Assembly (NCBI GenBank): GCA_038889235.1
Contig: JAWAHN010000001.1
Location: 300,001-332,000 of the forward strand
DNA length: 32,000 nucleotides
From: Candidatus Jordarchaeales archaeon
GTDB taxonomy: Archaea > Asgardarchaeota > Jordiarchaeia > Jordiarchaeales > Freyrarchaeaceae
Direction of reading: 5' to 3'
Positions 1 to 8,314 of the stretch are shown piece after piece. How positions within the stretch are numbered: position 1 is the stretch's first letter; each line of letters begins with the position of its first letter. A model generated the notes under the pieces. That model ran no database searches, was not told the DNA's origin, and worked only from the letters and a program-made list of their open reading frames with translations. A program made the translations under genes and the position numbers.

Positions 1-2
1 TG

Positions 3-1088
3 AGGACTTTCGGTAAGGGGTTCGAGGAGCTTTACAGGGAGGCGTTGAGGGAGAGAATCAGGTTTGTCAGAGGGCTGGTGAGCAAGGTTGTTGAGGACGG
101 GAAGACGGGGAACTTGATAGTTAGGGCTGAGGACACTCTTATGGGAGCCCCGGTCGAAGTGGAAGCCGACCTCGTAGTTTTATCTGTCGGCATGATCCCC
201 TCCAAGGACACTGAAAGACTGCTTTTCGTTCTCAACGTCCCGGTTAGCGAGGATGGCTTTGTCATGGAGGCGCACCCCAAGCTCAGGCCAGTTGAGACAC
301 AGGTTCCCGGGATATTCGTCGCTGGATGCGCTCAGGGGCCTAAGGATATACAGGATAGTGTTGCGCAGGCGAACGCGGCCGCATCCAAGATATCAGCCCT
401 CCTATCTAAGGGTGTTGTGGAGCTTGAACCCTTCGTTCCGATGGTAAACTACGAGGTGTGTGTAAGGTGTGGCCTGTGTGTCGCGGCGTGTGACAGGGAC
501 GTGTTGAAGCTTGATAAGGAGAAGGGTGTAGAGGTTAAGGGTGTGGGTTGTGTTGGCTGCGGGGCATGTGCTGGAGCATGTCCGACGGGAGCACTACAGA
601 TAGCGCTGTTGAGCGACGAAATGATAAGGGCGCAGATAGACGCAGCCCTAGAAGAGAAGAAGGAGCACCCGTTAGTGATAGGCTTCCTCTGCAACTGGTG
701 TGCTTATAGCGCGGCGGACACTGCTGGAGTCGCTAAGATACAGTATCCGACGAATATTAGAACGATATGGGTTCCGTGCGCTGGGAGAGTTAACCCCATC
801 TTGATCCTCGAAGCGCTGGAGAAGGGAGCTGACGGTGTCCTAGTGCTTGGCTGCTATCCTCAGGACTGCCACTACCGGACGGGGTTTGATAAGGCTAAGA
901 GGAGGGTCGAAGCGCTGAGGGAGCTGCTTAAAGCTGCAGGCATAGACCCTAGGAGGGTTAGGATAGAGAGCATGGCTGCGTCTGAGGGAAAGAAGTTCGC
1001 GACCGTCGTAAGAGAGTTCGTCGAGGAGCTGAAGAAGATGCCAGTTCTGGGGGAGGAGCTGGTTAGGGTTGCTGAGGTGAAGAGGTGA
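3..1088 (+). CDS. hdrA: Heterodisulfide reductase subunit A (C-terminal part, 5'-truncated by window) fused to MvhD [2Fe-2S] domain
   Basis: The frame is open from the window edge (RTFGKGFEELY, the HdrA xRTFGKxxEExY motif). It contains ADLVVLSVG and FVAGCAQGPKDIQDSVAQA, two ferredoxin motifs (CVRCGLCVAAC, CVGCGACAGACP), then the MvhD signature GFLCNWCAYSAAD...VPCAGRV...GADGVLVLGCYPQDCHY. Confidence 0.95.
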   Translation, partial: RTFGKGFEELYREALRERIRFVRGLVSKVVEDGKTGNLIVRAEDTLMGAPVEVEADLVVLSVGMIPSKDTERLLFVLNVPVSEDGFVMEAHPKLRPVETQVPGIFVAGCAQGPKDIQDSVAQANAAASKISALLSKGVVELEPFVPMVNYEVCVRCGLCVAACDRDVLKLDKEKGVEVKGVGCVGCGACAGACPTGALQIALLSDEMIRAQIDAALEEKKEHPLVIGFLCNWCAYSAADTAGVAKIQYPTNIRTIWVPCAGRVNPILILEALEKGADGVLVLGCYPQDCHYRTGFDKAKRRVEALRELLKAAGIDPRRVRIESMAASEGKKFATVVREFVEELKKMPVLGEELVRVAEVKR

Positions 1089-1093
1089 GAGAC

Positions 1094-2428
1094 ATGGCTG
1101 AACAGGTTGAAGTCAGGAAGGAGGCTGAGTTTGAAGAGGAAAGGATGCTCTTCAAGTGGTCGACCGAGAAACTTGAGAAGAAGCTGATCTATGACGCTGA
1201 AAGGTGTGTTGGGTGTGGTCTCTGCAAGGAGGTTTGCCCTTCAAATGCCATAGAGCTTGGACCGATTCCCGAGATAGCCATGGGGGAGGTTGAGGCGCCT
1301 AAGATAATGATAAATCAGGATGCGTGCAGCTACTGCGGGTTGTGCTCAGCGGTTTGCCCTGTTAAGGCTATAAGGTTCGAGATGAAGGGCAAATCCATCC
1401 TGGAAATGGAGGAGTACCCGAGGCTGATCAAAGAGGTCAAGGTGGATGAGGAGAAGTGTGCTCCCTGCCTCATATGCCAGTACACGTGTCCAAATGACGC
1501 CATAAAAGTGAACCTTTCCATCAAGAAGAAGGACAAGTTAGTTAGGTACAAGGAGAAGCCGCCGGGTAAGATTGAGGGAACTATAAGGATCGACAAGGAG
1601 AAGTGCGTGCTCTGCGGAAGGTGCGAGGTTCTCTGCAACGCCATAGAGATCAGCTGGAAGGACGTGAAGCCGAACGACCCGAGGCCAGGCTACGATATAA
1701 GGGTGGTGGAGGAGGAGTGCGATTACTGCGGACTATGCAAGGAAGTGTGCCCTTACGACGCGATAGAGGTCGAGTGTAAGACGAAAGTTGAGAGGGAGAT
1801 AGAAAAACCCGAAGTTTCAGGCAAGGTTGAAGTGAACCTCGACGACTGCATAACATGTGGCTGGTGTGCTAAATCTTGCCCGAAGAAAGCTATAACGGTG
1901 AACAAGGCGTTTGAGGGGGAGCTATCTATAACCGACATAGACAAGTGTGATCCAGTTGGGTGCAAGGCTTGCCTGAAAATATGCCCGGGGAACGTGTGGT
2001 TCGTCCCCGAGACGCTCGAGGAAAAGAAAAGGTTTCCTAAGATAGCGTTCGTGACGGATTACTGCGGCTTCTGCGGCGCCTGCCAGAACGCCTGCCCGGT
2101 TAAGATAATAAAGGTCAAGAGGACAAAGGTGAGATACACTAAGCCGAAGGGGATGGCTTGGTCTAACGCTTGGGAGAGAGCTTTCAAGAAGCTCATAGGG
2201 AAGGCAGGAGACCAGCCAAAGGCTAGGTTGCCGAGGATAGAAAGAGAGCCGGTGACCCCCATTGTTGAAGAGGAGGGAGTGATCCCGAAGCCAAGGCCAG
2301 ATTTAATGCAGCGGTTCATCGACGTCATGGAGAGGTTGAAAAGACTTCTCAGTGATAGGGGGGCGAGAGTTCTCTTAGAGAGGGGTAAAACGGAGAAGCT
2401 GTTGGAAAAGTTTAGGGAGGCGGTTTGA
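1094..2428 (+). CDS. fwdF: Polyferredoxin, FwdF/FmdF-like (8 [4Fe-4S] motifs) with ~75-aa C-terminal extension
   Basis: Eight CxxCxxCxxxC-type motifs plus FwdF-like spacers (ELGP..IA.G.V.APKI, EYP..IK...DEEKC, CGWC...CP..AITV.K.FEGEL, W.NAW..AF). ATG 1094 follows GAGGTGA; the alternative GTG 1085 overlaps the hdrA stop. Confidence 0.8.
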   Translation: MAEQVEVRKEAEFEEERMLFKWSTEKLEKKLIYDAERCVGCGLCKEVCPSNAIELGPIPEIAMGEVEAPKIMINQDACSYCGLCSAVCPVKAIRFEMKGKSILEMEEYPRLIKEVKVDEEKCAPCLICQYTCPNDAIKVNLSIKKKDKLVRYKEKPPGKIEGTIRIDKEKCVLCGRCEVLCNAIEISWKDVKPNDPRPGYDIRVVEEECDYCGLCKEVCPYDAIEVECKTKVEREIEKPEVSGKVEVNLDDCITCGWCAKSCPKKAITVNKAFEGELSITDIDKCDPVGCKACLKICPGNVWFVPETLEEKKRFPKIAFVTDYCGFCGACQNACPVKIIKVKRTKVRYTKPKGMAWSNAWERAFKKLIGKAGDQPKARLPRIEREPVTPIVEEEGVIPKPRPDLMQRFIDVMERLKRLLSDRGARVLLERGKTEKLLEKFREAV

Positions 2429-3027
2429 TGGATAGGGTTTCCGTTCTTTCTGCGAGCAAGTGGAGCTGGAGGCTTCTCGAGGAGGCTAAGAAATGGGGTA
2501 TTCAGAGGCCGGAGGAGTGTTTGTCTTGTGGGGCGTGTGTGGGTGCTTGTCCGGCGGCGAGAACCTCGTCTTACAACTTTAGGAAGATAATTAGGGATGT
2601 TGTGCTTGGAAACGAAGAGAAGGTTTTGAGTAGTAGGGAGATATGGTACTGCTTTTACTGCTTCTACTGCACAAGCAAGTGTCCATCAAATGTGGAGATA
2701 CCGTACTTCATCATGAGGTTGAGGAGGATCGCCATGGAGAGGGGTTATGGGGGGGATGTGCTCCGCGTTGTGATTCATACCAGCAGCAACCTGGTGGAGC
2801 ACGGGGTCTCGGTGCTTCCGAGCGATTATGACAGAATGGACCCTGCAAGGGCTGAGGAGAAAATGGTTAAGTTGAGGGAGAAACTTGGACTACCGCCGGT
2901 CATGAAGGTCTCCGAGAGAGCTATGGAGGAGCTGAAAACTATATTCAAGGAGACCGGCTTTGGCGAGGAAGTGATGAAAATCCGCTCAGGTAAATGGCCG
3001 TTTAAGGGAATATCTGAGAAGTACTAA
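2428..3027 (+). CDS. hdrC: Heterodisulfide reductase subunit C
   Basis: CLSCGACVGACP and IWYCFYCFYCTSKCP motifs, with a LRRIA helix. The ATG overlaps the upstream stop (TGATG). Confidence 0.9.
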   Translation: MDRVSVLSASKWSWRLLEEAKKWGIQRPEECLSCGACVGACPAARTSSYNFRKIIRDVVLGNEEKVLSSREIWYCFYCFYCTSKCPSNVEIPYFIMRLRRIAMERGYGGDVLRVVIHTSSNLVEHGVSVLPSDYDRMDPARAEEKMVKLREKLGLPPVMKVSERAMEELKTIFKETGFGEEVMKIRSGKWPFKGISEKY

Positions 3028-3040
3028 GAGGGATGGACTA

Positions 3041-4003
3041 ATGGTTAACGAAAAGTGGCTGGAAAAGATCCCGGCGGATGGACCCTTCTACCTGTTCCAG
3101 GGGTGCTTCATCAACCACAACTATCCGGGCATAGAGGCGGCGACGCGGTTCGTCTTGGACAAGTTGGGGGTCAAGTACTTTGTGAGTGAAGATCAGAGCT
3201 GCTGCGGTCTCCCGGAGTTTGGCACGCTTGCCAACCCACTCATACTCACCTGCCTAGTTGGCAGAAACTTGGACGTAATGCGGGGATATGCTTCATACGT
3301 GATGACCGCCTGTAACGGGTGCTATTCGGCTTTCCACACTTCAGTAACTCTCATGAAGGACCCAGAGGTTGCAAGGAAGACGGAGGAGGTGCTCGGGAAG
3401 CTTGGAAGAAGGTACTCCCCGCTAAGGGTTGTTCACTTTGCAGACTTCGTCTACAAGAGGCTTGAAGACATAGTTGTGAAATCTGTTAAAGTCCTCGGCG
3501 GGCTGAAGATGGCCGTTCACTATGGATGCCACTACTTTGTCTTCGAGGAGAAGGGGCTGGACAGCAGGGAGAACCCTTCGTTCGTTGAGGAGGTAATAAT
3601 GAGGCTGGGGGGAGAACCAGTAAACTACATGGCTAAAGACGAGTGCTGTGGCTTTGGAATGATACAGCAAGTGGTTCACAAGAATATGGCTTACGCAATA
3701 ACGGAGGAGAAGATAAATAGCATACTTGATGCGGGAGCGGAGGCGATACTCGTCATATGCCCCTACTGTCTCAACGTGCTGGACAGGAACCAGAGAGTTC
3801 TCAGAGACATAGAGCTGATAGAGAAGGCGATCCCAGTGATCCACATATCGCAGCTGGTGGCGCTAGTGCTGGGAGCCAGCCCCGAGAAGATGGGGTTCGA
3901 ACTGCACAGCGTGGACGTTAAACCATTCATAGAGAGGATTAAAGAGAGAAAAATGGAGTTTAAAGGTTGGACGTCGAGGGAGGTGACCGCCTCACTAGAG
4001 TAG
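3041..4003 (+). CDS. hdrB: Heterodisulfide reductase subunit B (two CCG domains)
   Basis: FQGC...YPGIE...DQSCCG...TACNGC and HYGCH...ECCG...ICPYC, C-terminal IPVIHISQL. Confidence 0.92.
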   Translation: MVNEKWLEKIPADGPFYLFQGCFINHNYPGIEAATRFVLDKLGVKYFVSEDQSCCGLPEFGTLANPLILTCLVGRNLDVMRGYASYVMTACNGCYSAFHTSVTLMKDPEVARKTEEVLGKLGRRYSPLRVVHFADFVYKRLEDIVVKSVKVLGGLKMAVHYGCHYFVFEEKGLDSRENPSFVEEVIMRLGGEPVNYMAKDECCGFGMIQQVVHKNMAYAITEEKINSILDAGAEAILVICPYCLNVLDRNQRVLRDIELIEKAIPVIHISQLVALVLGASPEKMGFELHSVDVKPFIERIKERKMEFKGWTSREVTASLE

Positions 4004-4020
4004 CCTAAAACTTCTTTCCG

Positions 4021-4446
4021 TCAGATTTTCACTTCGACGCTGACAGGGATCCCTCGAGTCACAGACTCCGTAACTATGCAGAACTGCCTGAAAACGTTTG
4101 CGCACAACTCAGCTCTCTTCCTAGACGAGCCCCCTGCAGGCGTGAGCTCAAGCCTAACAGCAATGTGTTTAACTCTCATTCTGCCTTTCTCCCACTCGGA
4201 CTCAGCCCTAGCCGTGGCCCGAGCCTCCTTAAGCTTAACCCTAGCCTTCTTGGCGCAGTAAAGGTATGATGCTAGGAGACAGCTTGCCACTGAGGCGGCT
4301 AACAGGTGTACCGGGCATGGACCCGTGTCCGTTCCACCCATTTCAGGAGGCTCGTCAAGTATTATTTCTGGGAAGTTCTTCACCTTGAGCCTTGATTTGA
4401 AGCCTTCAAGCCACTCGACTTCCACTTCTGAAACCATTTTTTCCAT
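4021..4446 (-). CDS. OsmC/Ohr-family protein
   Basis: DEPPEMGGTDTGPCPVHLLAASVASC and a second Cys in FCIVTESV. AAGGGGG RBS upstream. Confidence 0.85.
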   Translation of the reverse strand: MEKMVSEVEVEWLEGFKSRLKVKNFPEIILDEPPEMGGTDTGPCPVHLLAASVASCLLASYLYCAKKARVKLKEARATARAESEWEKGRMRVKHIAVRLELTPAGGSSRKRAELCANVFRQFCIVTESVTRGIPVSVEVKI

Positions 4447-4519
4447 GTAGAACCCCCTTTAGGCTTACTTTTTCAGGCAATGTTTAAAAGATTCTCACTT
4501 GAGGGGTTGTTGGAGGTGG

Positions 4520-5384
4520 AAGGATATTCTTCGGCATCATGACCTAAAAAAGAGCTGTGCTGTGGAAAAACTGCCTGAGGCTCTTGAGAAGCGGAAGATA
4601 CCAGATGCTCGTGGACCCGAGCGGCGTGGTGGCGGAAATCGGAGGGGATATCACTTTTAAGAGACGAAGCCTCCTGGAACTGGACGACCTTTTTCAAGGG
4701 TTTCGGTTACTGTTCAACTGAGCAAAATCTTCTTTACAATGAGCTCGCTGCACTCACTTGAAAAGCCTGGGGTCCTTGTAGTCAACTCTCCTCCCTCCAT
4801 TGAAAGGACAAGCGACAAGTATTACGCGTCCTTCCTGTTGAAGCAGGCTGGAATACCAACGCCCAGAACAGTTGTGACTGAAGACTTCGACGGAGGCTAT
4901 GAGAGCTTTCAGGGAGATGAGAAATGTGGTCATTAAACCGTTATTCAGCGCCCGAGGAAAAGGCGCAGTCAGAGTCACGGACGAGGACGTCGCGTACAGG
5001 GTTTTTTAGGGCGCTGGCACTCAACAACATGGTTTTCTACATACAGGAATTCATACCACACGGGGGAGGGACATAAGGGCATTTCACCATAGAGGGGCGT
5101 GTCGTAGCATCAATTTACAGGGTGGCAGACGGGTGGAAAACGAACGTTTCGCAGGGGAAAGGCTGCCGCCTGCAAGCTTACGCCCGAACTCGAGGAGATG
5201 AGCGTGAAGGCAGCGGAAGTGATAGGCTGCGAGTACGCGGGAGTAGACATAGTGGAGGGATAGGGACGGGGCTTACGTGCTCGAAGTAAATTCCACGCCA
5301 ACATGGGAAGGCCTTGAGGCCGCAACAAGGGTCCCTATAGCGGACATACTCATCGACCACATAATCAGCAAAATAAGGAGGTGA
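4520..5384 (+). pseudogene. RimK/MptN/LysX-like ATP-grasp ligase pseudogene (multiple frameshifts)
   Basis: Segments in different frames assemble into a RimK-type protein: EALEKRKI, LHSLEK.GVLVVNSP.SIERTSDKY...LKQAGIPTPRTVV, VVIKPLF.A.GKG, FYIQEFIPH..RDIR, WKTNVSQG, AAEVIGCEYAGVDI, YVLEVNSTP.WEGL...IADILIDHI. Several 1-nt indels, e.g. near 4890, 5002-5007 and 5260. The 5' boundary is approximate. Confidence 0.85.
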
Positions 5385-5422
5385 CGGCTGGCGAATGAAA
5401 CTATAAGAAAACAGGAAGATTC

Positions 5423-5899
5423 TCACAGCATTTTCAGCGCTTCGCTCAGCGTGGCCACTACTAGTCGGGAACTTGGCTTCCTGTAATCGGGGTACTTGTA
5501 GTGGAGTAGCTCTGCTAGCTCCCTCATCCTCCCAGCTTCAAGGGTAACTAAAATGTCCGCTTCAACGTAAGCAGAGGCGAGAATGGAGCAGTCGATGTAA
5601 TCCCTGTGGTGAACGTAAACCCCCGTAGCAATAAAATCTATTTCAGGCAGGTGGAACGGAACCACACTAAAATCCTTCCCCCGAACAACAAGTTCCAACC
5701 CGCTTCTGAAGGAGTCTAAAACCTCGGGACACTTCTTAGAGAGCTTGAGAACAACCCACTTCGCCTCTAAAATGCTAAGAGAGTTCACCAGCAGAGTGGC
5801 TTTCCTAGATAAGTGCAGCAGCTGCCCCCTTACGTCGGGAACATCCACGTCGACCCCAAAAACCGGAAGAATGTAACTGGTATCAAGCAGAACCTTCAT
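5423..5899 (-). CDS. vapC: PIN-domain toxin (VapC)
   Basis: Starts at MKVLLDTSYIL (ATG 5899), with SILE and RDYIDCSILASA...LVT acidic PIN residues. Overlaps the upstream antitoxin. Confidence 0.88.
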   Translation of the reverse strand: MKVLLDTSYILPVFGVDVDVPDVRGQLLHLSRKATLLVNSLSILEAKWVVLKLSKKCPEVLDSFRSGLELVVRGKDFSVVPFHLPEIDFIATGVYVHHRDYIDCSILASAYVEADILVTLEAGRMRELAELLHYKYPDYRKPSSRLVVATLSEALKML

Positions 5900-6143
5900 G
5901 AGCAAAACCTCTCTCCAGCTCTTCGCGCAGCTCCCTTCTAAGTCTGGCAAGCTCCTCAAGCGAAATCCTAGCTTTAGGCTGAGCCGTAAGGAGCTCTTCA
6001 AGCGACGGGATCTTCCTGACAATAACCTCCCCCGGGCGGCCCATTATCAACACCGTGTCACCAGGCTTTATCCCCGCAATTTCTCTCTCAGCCTTTCTCA
6101 GAACAACCTCACCTTTCTTTCCGACCTTAGCTAGAGAAGTCAT
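5883..6143 (-). CDS. vapB: AbrB/MazE-type antitoxin (VapB)
   Basis: MTSLAKVGKKGEVVLRKAEREIAGIKPGDTV is a SpoVT/AbrB motif; 86 aa, directly upstream of the PIN gene. Confidence 0.88.
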   Translation of the reverse strand: MTSLAKVGKKGEVVLRKAEREIAGIKPGDTVLIMGRPGEVIVRKIPSLEELLTAQPKARISLEELARLRRELREELERGFAHEGSA

Positions 6144-6169
6144 ACAATAACACCATTCAATAAGTAAAA

Positions 6170-6193
6170 TCGGAAAAATTAAAAATTTTCCGA
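6170..6193. promoter_or_regulatory. Perfect 8-8-8 inverted repeat bracketing the putative vapBC TATA box
   Basis: TCGGAAAA-attaaaaa-TTTTCCGA. On the minus strand the spacer reads TTTTTAAT, about 35-42 nt upstream of the vapB ATG. Confidence 0.55.
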
Positions 6194-6780
6194 AAAATTC
6201 CAACATTAGAGAAAAGGTAACAGTCGAAAGTGGAGGAAGCAGTAGAAGAGCAACCCGGTAAAAGACGTTGAAAGCTCCGCGCTTTATCCAAGATTCCACT
6301 AGGCATGTTAGCGCAGTCCAAAGTGAGGAGAGACGGCTACTTATTAGTTCGAAAAATGCAGACAGAAGGCTGCGAAGTACAAGCCCGCTTTAAGGGGAAG
6401 GGTTGTAGCAGCATAAAAGGTGAGCTTAACGAAGAGAAATTCGAGAAAAATAAAGATCTCCCTGCAAAAACGTAAAGGCGTCCTCCAAGTTTAGTTTGCC
6501 CTTCTACAAGCCAAAGCAACATCAACAAGCATATGCTAACACGCGAAAACCCTTACGCATCCCCGGAAACCTGTTACGCATTAATCCCAAACATTCAGAA
6601 AAGAAAAAAGGGGCCTAGCTTCAGACACCACCGAGCGGCGAAGAGGAAGACACCGCCAAAAAGGGGGGACAGACGGTAAATAGCCAGAAAAGCTGCTGGG
6701 GAGCGGCCTCTCAAACAAAACCAGCTGACACTTTCCAGCCACCTGACGTCTAATGTCTGGCAGTAACCTTACACTTCCGT

Positions 6781-6891
6781 TGAGACGTATTTGAACCATT
6801 CACAGGGACGCAAACGTCTCATATGAGAACGCTAATAGCGAATTACTCTGGTTCGTTTAACGGAAGAACAGAGCACTGCAAGCGTTCTCAT
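6781..6891. repeat. Interlocking inverted repeats (four alternating TGAGA(A)CG copies)
   Basis: TGAGACGT (6781-6788) pairs with ACGTCTCA (6814-6821). ATGAGAACGCT (6823-6833) pairs with AGCGTTCTCAT (6881-6891). The junction TCTCATATGAGA (6817-6828) is itself a perfect palindrome. Confidence 0.75.
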
Positions 6892-6910
6892 AAACTGCCA
6901 TGCAAAAATA

Positions 6911-6925
6911 GGAGGAAATTCCTCC
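6911..6925. promoter_or_regulatory. 7-1-7 palindrome, candidate operator
   Basis: GGAGGAA-A-TTCCTCC, upstream of the AT-rich promoter region of gene 7094. Confidence 0.4.
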
Positions 6926-7093
6926 ATTTTTCGTTCACGCAATTTTTATCTCTCTTTGAACTTTTTTAAACGATTATGAACGTTTATTTTTTCTTTCTCG
7001 CCATAGTTTCCCCGATTTATTTTAAACAATGAAAAATTTAAAAGAAATGTTTAAATATCAAATATATTTTTATATTAAAATTGGTGATAAAAA

Positions 7094-8251
7094 ATGAAGA
7101 AAGGGAAAAGCCTAATGGCAACAGGCATCCTAACAGTACTAATCCTAGCAACACTATTAACAGCAACACTAGCAACCCCAATACTAGCAGCCACGAACCA
7201 GCCAACAACAAGCAAGATGTCCATATCAGACGATCTAAAAAAGATACTAGACGAGATACTAAACGAGATACAGCAAGGAAAAATAGTCACCAGTTATCTA
7301 TCAATGAAGTTCGCCGAACGATGTGACGAAACGCTCAATGTCCTTCCAAAATGGAATATAACACCGCGAAACCTAGGCTTCGAATTCAGTATAAATCTGG
7401 CACATATAATAGAGTTCAACTACAGTGACAACGACAAAAGCCTGAGCAGCAACGACACAATACTAAGAAAGATAGAACTTGAGAAAATAAACTGGGGGAT
7501 AATATATGATGTAAAAGAAATAGAAAATAGGGTCATTGTTACTCTAACAGGAACATATAATGAAAGCGGCCAAAAAATCCTTTGTTTAACAGTAAGGATT
7601 TATGTTTATCTTAAGGACACTAATGTTACAGGTCCCAAATATTGGGCTGTGGTTCCAGGATTAAGGGCTGTTAAAATAGACATAGTAATCAACAAGTATG
7701 AGTGGGTGGATGGCAGCGGTGCGAGCAAGTTAGCTTTGGTTATGGTTTTGAAGTGTCACCAGTTTGAGAAAGAATACGAGTACAGATACAGGTTAGCGAA
7801 TGGTACAACTTTCAGCGATGAAGACGCAATGTCCGGGTTTATCTTTCGGGCAGATAGGGACGAGGATGAAAGTGGTGAGGATGAAAGTGAGATAGGGCTT
7901 GTCAGGGCTACGAACGAACACGAGGTGAGGGCTAGGTTCAGATGGTTCAACTATGCCTTACGCCTTGACACCCAGGAAGAAGTTATCGGTGTGACCTCAT
8001 ACTTTAACGTGACTGGAGACGGAATCGAACTGCAGCTTTGCGTTGACCACTTTGGAAATAGTAGTGTTTCGTTTGACCCGTACTTTGAAGTCTTAAGTGT
8101 GGAGAAAGGGCTCCCTGCTACCGGAACAATTCTGCTGCTTTTGCAGTACCAGTACGCTGTCAGGTCGGGTCAAGTAGTGGCGTTGGCGGGTGCTACTATG
8201 TTACTGGTCGCCGGTGTTGCTGCAGCGCTTTACCTTAGAAAGCGGCACTAG
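7094..8251 (+). CDS. Secreted, C-terminally anchored beta-rich glycoprotein of unknown function
   Basis: N-terminal signal peptide (KKGK + hydrophobic stretch + ILA), about eight N-x-S/T sequons, C-terminal TM helix and RKRH tail. GGTGA RBS and an AT-rich TATA region upstream. Confidence 0.8.
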   Translation: MKKGKSLMATGILTVLILATLLTATLATPILAATNQPTTSKMSISDDLKKILDEILNEIQQGKIVTSYLSMKFAERCDETLNVLPKWNITPRNLGFEFSINLAHIIEFNYSDNDKSLSSNDTILRKIELEKINWGIIYDVKEIENRVIVTLTGTYNESGQKILCLTVRIYVYLKDTNVTGPKYWAVVPGLRAVKIDIVINKYEWVDGSGASKLALVMVLKCHQFEKEYEYRYRLANGTTFSDEDAMSGFIFRADRDEDESGEDESEIGLVRATNEHEVRARFRWFNYALRLDTQEEVIGVTSYFNVTGDGIELQLCVDHFGNSSVSFDPYFEVLSVEKGLPATGTILLLLQYQYAVRSGQVVALAGATMLLVAGVAAALYLRKRH

Positions 8252-8314
8252 CTGCCTCTACAGAAACGTATTTCCTCAACTTTTCTTATTTTTTATTTTG
8301 TCAATTTTTGGCGG

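Noticed and set aside
3-4003. Selenocysteine (TGA read-through) in HdrA/MvhD/HdrB
   Set aside because: All expected ligand positions are Cys codons and no in-frame TGA interrupts these frames.
5423-6299. Long N-terminal extensions of the vapC (6022) and vapB (6299) ORFs from the track
   Set aside because: The extensions overlap the antitoxin gene or the promoter; family motifs begin at ATG 5899 and ATG 6143.
6305-6475. 56-aa ORF MLAQSKVRRDGYLLVRK..., weakly AbrB-like
   Set aside because: Similarity is limited to a few residues, there is no clear RBS and no partner toxin, so it cannot be distinguished from chance.
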